Shown here one piece after another: positions 8,115 to 18,046 of a stretch of DNA of 57,897 bases. Location: the NCBI GenBank assembly GCA_040398005.1, contig JBBAUX010000001.1, positions 46,634-104,530 on the forward strand. The letters are read 5' to 3'. Within the stretch, counting starts at the first letter, position 1. Each line of letters begins with the position of its first letter. Position numbers and translations under genes: made by a program. The notes below the pieces were generated by a model that worked only from the letters and a program-made list of their open reading frames with translations, had not been told where the DNA came from and did no database searches. This DNA is from Opitutales bacterium (GTDB lineage: Bacteria > Verrucomicrobiota > Verrucomicrobiia > Opitutales > UBA953).

Positions 8115-9773
8115 TTAGGCGGTGACTCCTGCAGGTGCGAATTTAAGAAGGCGGCCTTCAGGGAAGGTGTTGCTCGACCATTTTGAACTATCGATCACGA
8201 TGCCGTCTTCAGGAATTTTTCCGTGTGCTAAACCAGCGAGTGCAGGCACGTGTTGTGCTAATTCTTTCCAAAGGGAATTGACGTTGAGACCAGCAAAACG
8301 GGCTAAATATGAACTGTCGGGCAAGGTTCCGGCAGGTCCGGGAATCGCTTGGACGAAAGATTGAAGGCGGAATTGGCAGTTAATAAATGAACCGCTTTTT
8401 TCGAAAACCGTCAAGCCAGGTAAAACAACTTCAGCGGCGTCACTCGTCGCATTTTTATGCGTAGCGATTACAATGACACGAACTTTTGAAAGTAATTGTG
8501 CGGAGAGTCCGAGCGTCGTGACGTCTTCACGGCAGATGAGTAATGATTTTACTTTTCCTGATTCGATATCGGACGAAAGCGCTTTTAAATCAACCGATGC
8601 ACTTTGGGTTAATCCGGTCACGAGGGCACCACGGAAGTTAGGAGTGTGATCTTCAGAAATTAGCATCCCGTCACCCTTACCAGTGTGTGCCGGGACATAG
8701 GTTTTAGCACTGTGTTTCTTGGCTAAATCGGACAGTAGGTACTGTTCTTCAACGGTGAGATATCCGGAACCTACAATCGCTAAATGGCCTGACTTAATAA
8801 TTTCAGATGCAGTATTGAAAGCGACATCGAGAGAAGTCTTAGCTCCTTTAACAGACGATGAAGTGATGCGACTTGCATCTTCCACTTGTTTATAAAGTTC
8901 GCGGCCCGAGTCCGCCATCCAAGTGTCATTCACCGCGTCATTTTGACGGGGAGTGATGCGATAAATTTTTCCTTCGCGTGACCAGACAGTTGTATTCACG
9001 CCCACGCTGGACTCGGTGCAAATCGAGGGAGTCTTTTTCAAGAACCAGACGCGCATCTTGAAACGGAAGTCGGTGCTGGTGAGTGCGCCGACTGGACAAA
9101 TATCTACCGTATTGAGCGAGTAGTTATTGTTTAATTCTTTACCGGGGAAGCAGGTGAGGGTGTTGAACGAACCACGATTAACGAAGCCTAAAACAGGGTC
9201 TTTCGCGATGTCGTTACAAAAACGAACGCAGCGTGAGCAAAGAATACAACGCTCGTCATCGAGGGTGACGCGAGGTCCGAGACGGGTCTTCTTCGGCTTC
9301 GCATTTTTCTCATCTACATAACGAGAATAACCTTTGCCGTATTCCGCAGAAAATTCTTGGAGCTTACATTCACCCGCCTGATCGCAAATTGGGCAATCGA
9401 GAGGGTGGTTCAGTAAAAGCATTTCAGTAACACCTTCGCGACACGCTTTAACATCTGGAGAGTCGAGACGCACATGGAGTCCGGGTGAAACATTGGTCGC
9501 GCAGGCAATCGCTGGTTTTGGCTGCCATCCGATTTTGGGCTTACCGTTTTCTAAAATTAATTCATTCGTTGCACGGTCGCGCATCGGCGATCCAAGTTCG
9601 ACGAGACACATGCGGCAATTGCCGGCGATGGTGAGCTTCGGGTGGTAGCAGTAATGGGGGACCTCTTTACCGATTTTCGCGAGGGCATCGACGAGGTTGG
9701 TCCCGGCAACGACTTGGTGTTCGACACCATCGACATTGATAGAAATTAAGGGAGGTTTGTTGTCCGTGACCAT
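8115..9773 (-). CDS. nuoG: NADH-quinone oxidoreductase subunit G (short form)
   Basis: PHYCYHPKL..AGNCRMCLVE, NHPLDCPICDQAGECKLQ, RCILCSRCVRFC and DICPVGALT motifs. Confidence 0.93.
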   Translation of the reverse strand: MVTDNKPPLISINVDGVEHQVVAGTNLVDALAKIGKEVPHYCYHPKLTIAGNCRMCLVELGSPMRDRATNELILENGKPKIGWQPKPAIACATNVSPGLHVRLDSPDVKACREGVTEMLLLNHPLDCPICDQAGECKLQEFSAEYGKGYSRYVDEKNAKPKKTRLGPRVTLDDERCILCSRCVRFCNDIAKDPVLGFVNRGSFNTLTCFPGKELNNNYSLNTVDICPVGALTSTDFRFKMRVWFLKKTPSICTESSVGVNTTVWSREGKIYRITPRQNDAVNDTWMADSGRELYKQVEDASRITSSSVKGAKTSLDVAFNTASEIIKSGHLAIVGSGYLTVEEQYLLSDLAKKHSAKTYVPAHTGKGDGMLISEDHTPNFRGALVTGLTQSASVDLKALSSDIESGKVKSLLICREDVTTLGLSAQLLSKVRVIVIATHKNATSDAAEVVLPGLTVFEKSGSFINCQFRLQSFVQAIPGPAGTLPDSSYLARFAGLNVNSLWKELAQHVPALAGLAHGKIPEDGIVIDSSKWSSNTFPEGRLLKFAPAGVTA

Positions 9774-9887
9774 ACTGAGGAAATATGTCCGAAAAGTAGG
9801 ATACCAGCCCCCAGTCGCAAGTGGGAAAGGGAGAAAGTTGAGGGGGCTCTAGATATACTTACAGGTGCCTATAAATAACCTACCCGA

Positions 9888-11102
9888 TTAACTCATTATT
9901 CGACTCCAGATGACCTTAAGATAGCGTCCTTCTGGGTGATTTGAGGCATTGGGGTGGTCAGAGCCTGGTCCGGTGCGATCAAAAATCTGCAGGCGCTTAG
10001 CGTAACGGTGCGATGCTTTGACGACTAAGTCTTCAAAGGCTTCGGGTGTGACCAATCCCGAGCAGGAACAGGTTACAAACAATCCTCCCGGTGCCACCAT
10101 CTGCATGGCCAACACATTCAAGTCATTATATTTTTTAAGTCCTTCGGCCTGAAACTCTTCGTCGCGACTATCCACAAATTTAGGCGGATCGCAAAGAACG
10201 ATGTCCCAAGTCTTTCCGTTTTTCTGCATCTGACGAATCCAGCTAAACGCATCGGCGTGAACGAATTCACACCGCACATTATTTAAATTCATATTTCGCT
10301 TAGCACGTTCGATGGCTTTCTCATCGAGATCCACGCCGGTGACTTCAGTGGCTCCGGCTAATTTAGCAGCGACCGAAAATCCGCCCGAGTAACAACAGAG
10401 GTCTAATACTTTAAGCCCTTTGGCGAGCTGGGCGAAGCGACGGCGATTATCGCGCTGGTCGCAGAAAAAGCCCGTTTTATGGCCCTCAGCGAAGTCGACC
10501 TCTTGCACGACACCAAACTCCTTAATCTTCACAAAGCGCACGGATGAACTGGGGATATCTGAAGGCATAATACCTTCGACCCGAGCCACGTGTTCATCGA
10601 CTTGAACAATTTCTTTTTTCGTTCCAATCGCTTCGTGTAAAATTTTTATCCAGCGGGGCAGGCGACGCATCACCGCAATCGACGAGACTTCAATGGAGAG
10701 TGTGTCACCCAGTTTATCGACGACTAGGCCGGAAAGAAAATCACCGTCACCATTTACCACGCGGTAAGCATCGGTATCGGCATCTAATTTTAAAATTTCT
10801 TTGCGTAAGGCGACGGCTCTTTTAATCGCTCCTTCGAACCAACCTTCATCGGGCTTTCCAGGAGTGGATTTAACAATGCGTAAGGCAATCGGCGCACCTG
10901 GATTCCAAAAACCATAACCAATCGGTGATCCTTGTTTATCGTACGCAGCGACGATATCACCTTGGCGAGCATCGGGAGAAACATCTCCGACCATCGAGCG
11001 GAAGATATTAGGTTTCGATGTGAAAGTCTTTAACTGCACCCATGGCTTTTCTTTGGCGGGAGAGCCAAAGGGCACAGGAGAACTGCCAAAGGTTTCAGAC
11101 AT
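9888..11102 (-). CDS. rlmI: 23S rRNA m5C1962 methyltransferase RlmI-like (class I SAM-dependent)
   Basis: PUA-like N-terminus; GHKTGFFCDQRDNR, VLDLCCYSGGF, DPPKF, TCSCSG, DHP..PEGRYLK. Confidence 0.85.
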   Translation of the reverse strand: MSETFGSSPVPFGSPAKEKPWVQLKTFTSKPNIFRSMVGDVSPDARQGDIVAAYDKQGSPIGYGFWNPGAPIALRIVKSTPGKPDEGWFEGAIKRAVALRKEILKLDADTDAYRVVNGDGDFLSGLVVDKLGDTLSIEVSSIAVMRRLPRWIKILHEAIGTKKEIVQVDEHVARVEGIMPSDIPSSSVRFVKIKEFGVVQEVDFAEGHKTGFFCDQRDNRRRFAQLAKGLKVLDLCCYSGGFSVAAKLAGATEVTGVDLDEKAIERAKRNMNLNNVRCEFVHADAFSWIRQMQKNGKTWDIVLCDPPKFVDSRDEEFQAEGLKKYNDLNVLAMQMVAPGGLFVTCSCSGLVTPEAFEDLVVKASHRYAKRLQIFDRTGPGSDHPNASNHPEGRYLKVIWSRIMS

Positions 11103-11141
11103 GGCGTAAAGGTCTAATAGCCTAACTGAGAAAGCAAGCGT

Positions 11142-11155
11142 GCACCCTAGGGTGC
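11142..11155. other. Perfect palindrome just downstream of ppnP (possible 3'-end hairpin)
   Basis: GCACCCTAGGGTGC is self-complementary, lies 7 nt past the ppnP stop and has no U tract. Confidence 0.4.
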
Positions 11156-11162
11156 CCTCACT

Positions 11163-11477
11163 TTATCCAATAAAACTGCAGATATACTGACAAATGCCCG
11201 AGGGGACGGCGATGGTGAAACCTGATTTCGCAGGCACATCAAACTTCGTACCCGCTGCATAAGTCTTTTCTTCTTTGGATCCATCAATCGTGACCACGCA
11301 ACTTCCGTCGGTGATTTCCATGATTTCCGCTTTATCCGTTCCGAAGTGATACGATCCAGGATAAATCAGCCCGAGGGTTTTTTTCTCACCACTCGCAAAG
11401 AGAATGCTGTGTGAGACTACTTTGCCGTCGAAGTAGACATTGGCTTTAGCAACAGCGGTAACGTTTTTGAATTCCAT
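11163..11477 (-). CDS. ppnP: Pyrimidine/purine nucleoside phosphorylase (DUF1255 cupin)
   Basis: KANVYFDGKVVS, KKTLGLI.PG.YHFGT..AE.MEI and Y.CSF motifs; 104 aa. Confidence 0.9.
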   Translation of the reverse strand: MEFKNVTAVAKANVYFDGKVVSHSILFASGEKKTLGLIYPGSYHFGTDKAEIMEITDGSCVVTIDGSKEEKTYAAGTKFDVPAKSGFTIAVPSGICQYICSFIG

Positions 11478-11479
11478 GA

Positions 11480-12829
11480 TTAGATAAGTTTGAGAGGAGA
11501 AACGAAATCACCGTTTTGACGACGCTTAATGGAATCAAGGTATTCGTCTTTAAATTTAGGTACCGCAGATTGGACGGGCCATGCGACTGCTTCACCGTGC
11601 GCACAGATGGTGCGACCAGCTACTTGATTGGCGATATCGAGTAAGAGTGGAACGTCGGACTCTAACCCGCCGCCGGTGGTAATGCGTTTCGAGACACGAC
11701 TTAACCACAAGGAACCTTCGCGACAAGGGGTGCATTGTCCGCAGGTTTCATGGGCATAAAATGCATTAAGGTTCGATAGTGCTTGAATCATTTCCACGGA
11801 GTCATCGATGACAATGGTTCCGCCGGTGCCGAGTCCAGTACCACACGCAGCAATGCTATTGGAATCGAGAGGAATATCTTCGAGGGCCCAATCAAACTCT
11901 TGTCCATTCGGGAGCTTACCTTTGAAGCGTTCACCGAATTTCAAAATTTTGGTAGAAGATCCACCAGGAATAATTGCTTTGAATGTTCGACCATCCAGAG
12001 GTCCACCACAGAAATCGTAAAGCAATTGTCCAAAGGTCGCTTTGCCTGCTTCGATTTCATAAAGTCCGGGACGTTTAACGAGTCCACTGACTCCCCAGAT
12101 GTGCGTTCCGCTGTCACCAGGGATACCGATTTTCGCAAACTCGGCGCCACCGAAAGTTAACACATGTTTAACCTGAGCTAAAGTCTCTGCATTATTTACA
12201 ATCGTTGGGCAGTTATAAACTCCGAGTACGGCAGGGAAGTAAGGAGGCTTAATGCGAGGATAACCGCGTTTGCCTTCGAGTGATTCGATGAGTCCGGTTT
12301 CTTCACCGCACACATAGCAACCTCCTCCACGATGGACAATGACGTCACACGAGTAACCGCTACCTAAAATATTATTTCCTAAAAATCCTTTAGCTTTCGC
12401 TTCCGCAATGGCGTTCTCTAAAATTTTCGCACCATGTTGAAATTCTCCACGGATATAGACGAAAGTCTGTTTCGCCTGAATGGCCCACGCGGTGATCGCA
12501 ATACCTTCGAGCATTTGGTGCGGATCTTTGTAAATAATTTGACGGTCTTTGAAAGTACCTGGCTCAGATTCATCGGCGTTGACGACGAGGTAGCAGGGCT
12601 TGCCCGATTTACGGTCGAGGAATTTCCATTTCATGCCCGTAGGAAAACCGGCACCCCCACGACCACGCAGACCAGAAATTTCTACTTCTTTGCAAACCTC
12701 ATCGGGCTTCATGGCGACCGCCTTTTTAAGGGCTTCGTAGCCGCCGTGTTTCAGATAGCAATCGATGTCGATGCTGTAACCTGGCTTGCGCAGATTGGCG
12801 TAAATAAGAGGGCGTTCGATGGCAGACAT
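11480..12829 (-). CDS. nuoF: NADH-quinone oxidoreductase subunit F
   Basis: SGLRGRGGAGFPTGMKW, NADESEPGTFKDR, YVCGEETGL and ETCGQCTPCREG motifs. Confidence 0.96.
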   Translation of the reverse strand: MSAIERPLIYANLRKPGYSIDIDCYLKHGGYEALKKAVAMKPDEVCKEVEISGLRGRGGAGFPTGMKWKFLDRKSGKPCYLVVNADESEPGTFKDRQIIYKDPHQMLEGIAITAWAIQAKQTFVYIRGEFQHGAKILENAIAEAKAKGFLGNNILGSGYSCDVIVHRGGGCYVCGEETGLIESLEGKRGYPRIKPPYFPAVLGVYNCPTIVNNAETLAQVKHVLTFGGAEFAKIGIPGDSGTHIWGVSGLVKRPGLYEIEAGKATFGQLLYDFCGGPLDGRTFKAIIPGGSSTKILKFGERFKGKLPNGQEFDWALEDIPLDSNSIAACGTGLGTGGTIVIDDSVEMIQALSNLNAFYAHETCGQCTPCREGSLWLSRVSKRITTGGGLESDVPLLLDIANQVAGRTICAHGEAVAWPVQSAVPKFKDEYLDSIKRRQNGDFVSPLKLI

Positions 12830-12849
12830 TTTATAAAGTGATTAAAGGT

Positions 12850-13383
12850 TTATCCGTTCCACTCGGGTGTACCGGGTTGGGGTTGGTTTTTTCCGTAATT
12901 GGAATCTTGGAGACTGTTTTTAATTTGTTCAGAAAACTCCGCTGCTTTTTCGGGAGCGATATTTTCGTGTAAAGCGTGGTCGACTTGAACGACGGGGCCA
13001 CAACCACAATCGGCGATGCACTCCACGAACTCTAAAGTGAAATTTCCGTCCGCTGAGGTTTCGCCGCGCGGACAGTTTAAAGATTTCTCCAAACTTTCCA
13101 TCAACGCATAAGAACCGCGCAGTGCGCAGGAAAGGGTGCGACAGACTTTGACGTGGCGACGGCCGATCGCTTGCTGACGGAACATCGGGTAGAACGTAAC
13201 CACTTCTAAAACTTGAATCGGAGTGACACCGACTTTTTCCGCAACCCATGCCATATCTTCTTGCGTGATGAAGCCACGATCCTCTTGCACCAAGTGTAAG
13301 AGAGGCATGGTCGCACTACGTTTTTGCGGGTACTGGGCGATAATCGTATCGGCCTGAGAAAGGGTGGAAGGTTTGAGTGACAT
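12850..13383 (-). CDS. nuoE: NADH-quinone oxidoreductase subunit E
   Basis: VVTFYPMF, VCRTLSC..RG and ECIADC [2Fe-2S] ligands. Confidence 0.93.
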   Translation of the reverse strand: MSLKPSTLSQADTIIAQYPQKRSATMPLLHLVQEDRGFITQEDMAWVAEKVGVTPIQVLEVVTFYPMFRQQAIGRRHVKVCRTLSCALRGSYALMESLEKSLNCPRGETSADGNFTLEFVECIADCGCGPVVQVDHALHENIAPEKAAEFSEQIKNSLQDSNYGKNQPQPGTPEWNG

Positions 13384-13385
13384 GA

Positions 13386-14612
13386 TTAGCGATCACATTC
13401 ACCCATCACGAAGTCGAGTGACCCGAGAATAGATGAAATATCGGTGAGGAAATTACCCGGCACGATGGCGGGAAGAATACTTAAGCTCACGAAACTGGGT
13501 CCGTGAATTCTTAAGCGATAGGGAACACCGCCACCATTGGAGACGATATAGAATCCGAGTGAACCTTTAGGATTTTCCGCTTCAAAATAAATTTCGCCGG
13601 CAGGAATCTGTGGGCCTTCGGTGACTAACATGAAATTCTGAATGAGCTCTTCCATCTTCGTCATGATTTTGGCTTTAGGTGGTAAGAAAATTTTCTTCGC
13701 ATCTTCTGCGTACCAAGCGCCACCCGGCATGGTTTTAATCACTTGGCGGAGAATGCGGACGGACTGACGAACTTCTTCCATGCGGACTAAATAACGATCG
13801 AAACAATCGCCCTTCGTTCCTACTGGAATATCAAAATCATATTTTTCGTATCCGGAGTAAGGCTTATCTTTACGTAAATCGAAAGCCACGCCGGAGGCAC
13901 GTAAGTTGGGTCCGGTTAAACCGTAAGCGAGCGCGAGTTCTTTAGAAATGGGAGCGATGCCTTCGGTGCGTTCAAGGAAGATACCATTACGGGTGAGGAG
14001 GCGATCCACTTCATCAATCGTTTTTAAAACACCATCGCAGAAAGTTTCGACGCGTTGGAGCCAGCCTTCAGGCAAGTCGCGTGTGAGTCCGCCGATACGG
14101 GTGTAGCTCGTGGTAAAACGTGCACCGGTCAGTTCTTCAAAGAGGGTGTAAAGTTTTTCGCGCTCGGTAAAAGTGTACATGAAGACCGTCCATGCACCGG
14201 TATCCATCGCGTAAACTCCAAGTCCTAATAAGTGAGAAGAGATCCGAGCCATTTCGCAGCATACTACGCGAATCGCTTCGCAACGCTCGGGCATTTTTAA
14301 TCCTGCTAATTTTTCAACGGCGATAGCGTAAGCGACATTGTTAGCGAGGGGAGCGAGATAATCCAATCGATCCGTATAAGGAACGAACTGATTATAAGTC
14401 ATGTTCTCGGCAATTTTTTCATCACCGCGGTGCAGATAGCCAATGACCGGGTCGCACTTGACTACTTTATCGCCATCGAGTTCGAGTGAAAGACGCAGCA
14501 CGCCGTGGGTGGCGGGGTGAGAGGGACCCATGTTGAGGGTCATATTTTCTCCGCGCAACTCTTCGGAGCGTGCGGCGATATCTCCGAGAGAAATTTCTTT
14601 AGTGGTTTTCAC
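13386..14612 (-). CDS. nuoD: NADH-quinone oxidoreductase subunit D
   Basis: NMGPSHPATHGVLR, GYLHRGDEK, DRLDY and C-terminal DFVMGECDR. Probable GTG start at 14612, just after nuoC. Confidence 0.95.
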   Translation of the reverse strand: MKTTKEISLGDIAARSEELRGENMTLNMGPSHPATHGVLRLSLELDGDKVVKCDPVIGYLHRGDEKIAENMTYNQFVPYTDRLDYLAPLANNVAYAIAVEKLAGLKMPERCEAIRVVCCEMARISSHLLGLGVYAMDTGAWTVFMYTFTEREKLYTLFEELTGARFTTSYTRIGGLTRDLPEGWLQRVETFCDGVLKTIDEVDRLLTRNGIFLERTEGIAPISKELALAYGLTGPNLRASGVAFDLRKDKPYSGYEKYDFDIPVGTKGDCFDRYLVRMEEVRQSVRILRQVIKTMPGGAWYAEDAKKIFLPPKAKIMTKMEELIQNFMLVTEGPQIPAGEIYFEAENPKGSLGFYIVSNGGGVPYRLRIHGPSFVSLSILPAIVPGNFLTDISSILGSLDFVMGECDR

Positions 14613-14616
14613 GAAA

Positions 14617-15204
14617 TTAAGATTTTGGTTTTTCCTCGTTCCAAGATTGGTCGAGGGCTTGAGGTTCGGCGCCCGACATGTGGCCACCGCTGGAAACGAA
14701 TGGTCCGCCCATCATCGGCGCGGGTTCGACGGTTTGACCAGTGACTGCAGCGACGTCAGCCGCTGGGAAGGGAACTTCAATGCCTGCTAAAGGAAAATCT
14801 TTGCGGAGTGGGTGATACGGATAAGCATCCCACATTAAAATTCGGCGAGGATCTGGATGTCCGATAAATTTAATACCAAACATATCATACGCTTCACGCT
14901 CGTGCCAATTAGCACCGGGGTGAATAGCAGAAACCGTGGGAACCGCATCATCAACGCAAGGTGCGTGGAGACGAACGTACTCGCGATTCTTCGTGCTGAG
15001 TAAATGAATAACCACACCGAGGTTTGGGGTGCGATTTTTCCAATCCATCCCGCAAAGATCGGCCAGTAAATCAAAACCCTGTTCGTCGCGTAAATATTTA
15101 ACGATGTCGGCTAGCTCTGCACTGTTGACCGCAAACGTGGTCATGTCTTGTCCCGCACAATTTTGCGTCTGCGGAAATTTTTGGGTGAGGGCCAGAACGT
15201 CCAT
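14617..15204 (-). CDS. nuoC: NADH-quinone oxidoreductase subunit C
   Basis: ANWHEREAYDMFGIKFIGHPDPRRIL..HPLRKDFP. Confidence 0.95.
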   Translation of the reverse strand: MDVLALTQKFPQTQNCAGQDMTTFAVNSAELADIVKYLRDEQGFDLLADLCGMDWKNRTPNLGVVIHLLSTKNREYVRLHAPCVDDAVPTVSAIHPGANWHEREAYDMFGIKFIGHPDPRRILMWDAYPYHPLRKDFPLAGIEVPFPAADVAAVTGQTVEPAPMMGGPFVSSGGHMSGAEPQALDQSWNEEKPKS

Positions 15205-15209
15205 GGGAT

Positions 15210-15743
15210 TTAGCTGACGATTTTAGTGTCAACGGTGCGTCCACGGAATGTGCGTTTAAGGGATCCGCCTTCTTGACGAATTTTTTCCTGTAAGAGCATC
15301 ATCCCATCGAGCAAAGCTTCAGGGCGTGGGGGACAGCCGGAAATATAAATGTCTACTGGGACGATATTATCGACGCCTTGAAGAGTGGCGTAGGAGCGAT
15401 ACATGCCGCCCGAAGACGCGCACGCACCCATCGCGACAACCCATTTAGGTTCAGCCATTTGGTCGTAGATGCGACGCACGACTTCAGCCATTTTGTAAGT
15501 GACGGTTCCGGAGACGATCATGCAGTCCGCCTGGCGAGGGGAGAAGCGCATGACTTCCATGCCGAAACGGGAAATATCAAATCGAGATCCACCCGCAGCC
15601 ATGAGTTCGATGGCGCAACAGGCGAGTCCCATGGGCATCGGCCAAACGGAGTGACTGCGCACCCAGTTGACGACGGCATCGGCACGGGTGACGATGACTT
15701 CGCCTTCAATCTTACTGTTATAGCCAAAATCGGATTTAACCAT
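15210..15743 (-). CDS. nuoB: NADH-quinone oxidoreductase subunit B
   Basis: [23 protein letters not shown] and GCPPRPEA motifs. Probable ATG at 15743. Confidence 0.96.
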   Translation of the reverse strand: MVKSDFGYNSKIEGEVIVTRADAVVNWVRSHSVWPMPMGLACCAIELMAAGGSRFDISRFGMEVMRFSPRQADCMIVSGTVTYKMAEVVRRIYDQMAEPKWVVAMGACASSGGMYRSYATLQGVDNIVPVDIYISGCPPRPEALLDGMMLLQEKIRQEGGSLKRTFRGRTVDTKIVS

Positions 15744-15879
15744 GGGAAACTGCAAGTTAGAAGTGCCCCCCTTGGGTGCAAGTGTGAAGGGCGGAAACTT
15801 TGAAATTCTTTTAGCCTATTTTATCACCATCGCTTTGGTTATTGCCGAAACATGAGCATTTTAATTTTGTTATAAATAC

Positions 15880-17088
15880 ATGAGAACTACCCCCGTTTTC
15901 ACACTTTGCCTATTGCTCATGGGACAGGTGGTGCTTGGGGCAGGCTCGCCGAGCGATTACTTTGGGGCCAAGCCTGGTGCTTTGGCTAAATCGAAAAGTA
16001 GTTATCAAGGGGGCAGAGAGCCCGAGTTAACCGCGGTTAATAAAATAATTACCGACGCCAATAAGTGTCTTAAGGCAGAACCGGAGTCGGTCATGGATAA
16101 GACGAAAGTTCCTCCATCAGGAAATAAGCACGACTACATGAGTATCGCTCCTTACTTTTGGCCCGATCCCTCGAAGTCGAATGGCCTACCCTACATGCGC
16201 CAAGATGGTAAGGTGAATCCCGAGTCCAAAAATGAAGAAACCAGTGACCGAGTTCGGCTCGGTCGCACCCTTGATCGGATAGAGACTTTGGCTTTAGCCT
16301 ATTATTTTACCCGAGAAAAAAAATACGCTGATCATGCCGCGAAATTAATTAAAGTTTGGTTCTTAAATCCCGATACGCAGATGAATCCCAATCTGAATTT
16401 TGCCCAAGCAATCGCGGGTAAAAGCGATGGTCGGGGCGAAGGAGTTTTAGACGCACGCGGGATGGGGTTGGTGATCGATTCAGCTAATTTAATCAGTAAT
16501 ACCAGCGATTTTACCGAGGCTAACCAAAAGGCACTGATGCAATGGATGACGACCTACTACGACTGGTTGATGAAAAGTCCGAACGGTAAAGCGGAACGCG
16601 CTGCGACGAATAATCACGGTACATGGTTTGATGTGCAAGCTGCGCACCTCGCTCTAGGATTAGGAAAAAAAGAGGACGCAAAAAAAATCATCGATGCGGC
16701 ACGCACGAAGAGAATTAATGTCCAAATTGAGTCCGATGGAAAACAGCCTGAAGAGTTAGCCCGAACGGCCTCGTTCAGTTATTCCTGTATGAATTTAGAT
16801 GCGTTTTTTACCTTAGCTAATCTCGGAGAACATGCGGGCGTCGACTTGTGGCGAAAAAATAATAAAGACTCACGATCCCTGCGTAAGGCATTGGACTTTT
16901 TACTGCCTTACATTGATCAGCCACCGGCGAAATGGCCTTATAAACAAATTAAAGAGATCGACGAAAGCAATATGCTCCCACTCTTGAGGCAGGCCGCTCT
17001 CGCCTTCGATGCACCCGAGTACGAAAAGATCATCAAAAAATTTGATGAGGCACCTAAAGAACGCTTTCAGATTTTATACCGAAAATAA
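15880..17088 (+). CDS. Secreted alginate lyase family protein (PL5-like alpha-barrel)
   Basis: Signal peptide; PPSGNKHDYMSIAPYFWP, DGKVNPE, MNPNLNFAQ, catalytic NNHGTW, QPEELART..YS. Confidence 0.85.
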   Translation: MRTTPVFTLCLLLMGQVVLGAGSPSDYFGAKPGALAKSKSSYQGGREPELTAVNKIITDANKCLKAEPESVMDKTKVPPSGNKHDYMSIAPYFWPDPSKSNGLPYMRQDGKVNPESKNEETSDRVRLGRTLDRIETLALAYYFTREKKYADHAAKLIKVWFLNPDTQMNPNLNFAQAIAGKSDGRGEGVLDARGMGLVIDSANLISNTSDFTEANQKALMQWMTTYYDWLMKSPNGKAERAATNNHGTWFDVQAAHLALGLGKKEDAKKIIDAARTKRINVQIESDGKQPEELARTASFSYSCMNLDAFFTLANLGEHAGVDLWRKNNKDSRSLRKALDFLLPYIDQPPAKWPYKQIKEIDESNMLPLLRQAALAFDAPEYEKIIKKFDEAPKERFQILYRK

Positions 17089-17120
17089 ATGAAGGGCAAA
17101 AATGGCAATTATTGCATTTA

Positions 17121-17196
17121 TGTTACGAAAAGACTTCAATTCGTAACAATCGTGGGGCTTGGACGACACCGTTTTGACACAATTTTAGTGTATAGT
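17121..17196 (+). promoter_or_regulatory. Inverted repeat plus putative Pho box/-10 upstream of phosphoesterase
   Basis: TGTTACGAA-N10-TTCGTAACA (17121-17148); ACGACAC-CGTT-TTGACAC, 11-bp period (17163-17180); TATAGT exactly 10 nt later (17191-17196). Confidence 0.45.
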
Positions 17197-17203
17197 TTGG
17201 CAC

Positions 17204-18043
17204 ATGGAGTCCATACCACGCCCCATGAGTGCTAAAGTTCATTTTCGGACGATTATCCTGTCGGATTTGCACTTGGGTACCAAGGACGCTCAAGCCCGTG
17301 AGTTACTCGAAGTTTTACGCGGGGTGCGTTGCCAAAAAATGATTTTAAATGGCGACATCATCGATCTCTGGTCGCTGCAAAGAAATAATTACTGGGGTCC
17401 CGCTCACACCGCGGTGGTTCGTCGACTTTTAAAGATGGCTGAAAAAGACGACACTCAGATGATTTATCTGCGCGGTAATCACGATGACTTTATTCGTCGC
17501 CTCATCCCCATCAGCCTCGATCGCATTGAATTAGCCGAAGAGCATATTCACGTATCCGCAGATGGTAAAAAATATCTCTGCATCCATGGTGATGTGTTCG
17601 ACACGGTCACGGCGAAGATGCGCTGGTTAGCAATTCTAGGTGATATGAGCTACCAAATGCTGCTCAATATCAACCGCTTCTACAATCGCTGGAGAGCTTG
17701 GCGCGGCAAAGAATATTTCTCACTTTCCCAAGCGATTAAAGGAAAAGTTAAACAAGCGGTGAGTTTTATTTCACGCTTTGAAGAACATATTCAGACCCTC
17801 GCCCAACGTCGTGGATGCGATGGTGTGATGTGCGGTCACATTCACAAAGCCGAAGACCGGATGATGGGCAAAGTGCGCTATTTAAATTCGGGTGATTGGG
17901 TTGAATCCTTAACCGCCATTGTCGAAGAAATGGACGGAACGATTCGCGTGGTAGATCGGGCCGAGTTGATGAAATTAATCACAGCTCAGCGCGAAGCTTA
18001 CGAATTGCACAAAGCGAATCAGCTGGTTCAATCGGTTTCCTAA
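17204..18043 (+). CDS. Metallophosphoesterase, LpxH-like; best matches PlcP-type phospholipase C
   Basis: SDLHLGT, GDIIDLW, YLRGNHD, HGDVFD, CGHIH and YLNSGDWVES motifs, with the Y.SLS..IK.KVK.AV.FI..FE segment. Start may be 17225. Confidence 0.8.
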   Translation: MESIPRPMSAKVHFRTIILSDLHLGTKDAQARELLEVLRGVRCQKMILNGDIIDLWSLQRNNYWGPAHTAVVRRLLKMAEKDDTQMIYLRGNHDDFIRRLIPISLDRIELAEEHIHVSADGKKYLCIHGDVFDTVTAKMRWLAILGDMSYQMLLNINRFYNRWRAWRGKEYFSLSQAIKGKVKQAVSFISRFEEHIQTLAQRRGCDGVMCGHIHKAEDRMMGKVRYLNSGDWVESLTAIVEEMDGTIRVVDRAELMKLITAQREAYELHKANQLVQSVS

Positions 18044-18046
18044 TTC

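Noticed and set aside
9813..9846. Additional degenerate octamer-element copy (also 15774-15805)
   Set aside because: There is some 8-bp periodicity and a shared AAAGTTGAGGGG, but the match is weak and the GCAA part is better explained as the -35 box of the nuoG/nuoB promoters.
14612..14687. Extended N-termini given by the ORF track (nuoD, murD, murC, ddl, purB, aroC, mraZ, nemA, porin)
   Set aside because: The extensions overlap upstream genes or promoter/operator sequence. Downstream ATG/GTG starts fit family N-termini and translational coupling better.
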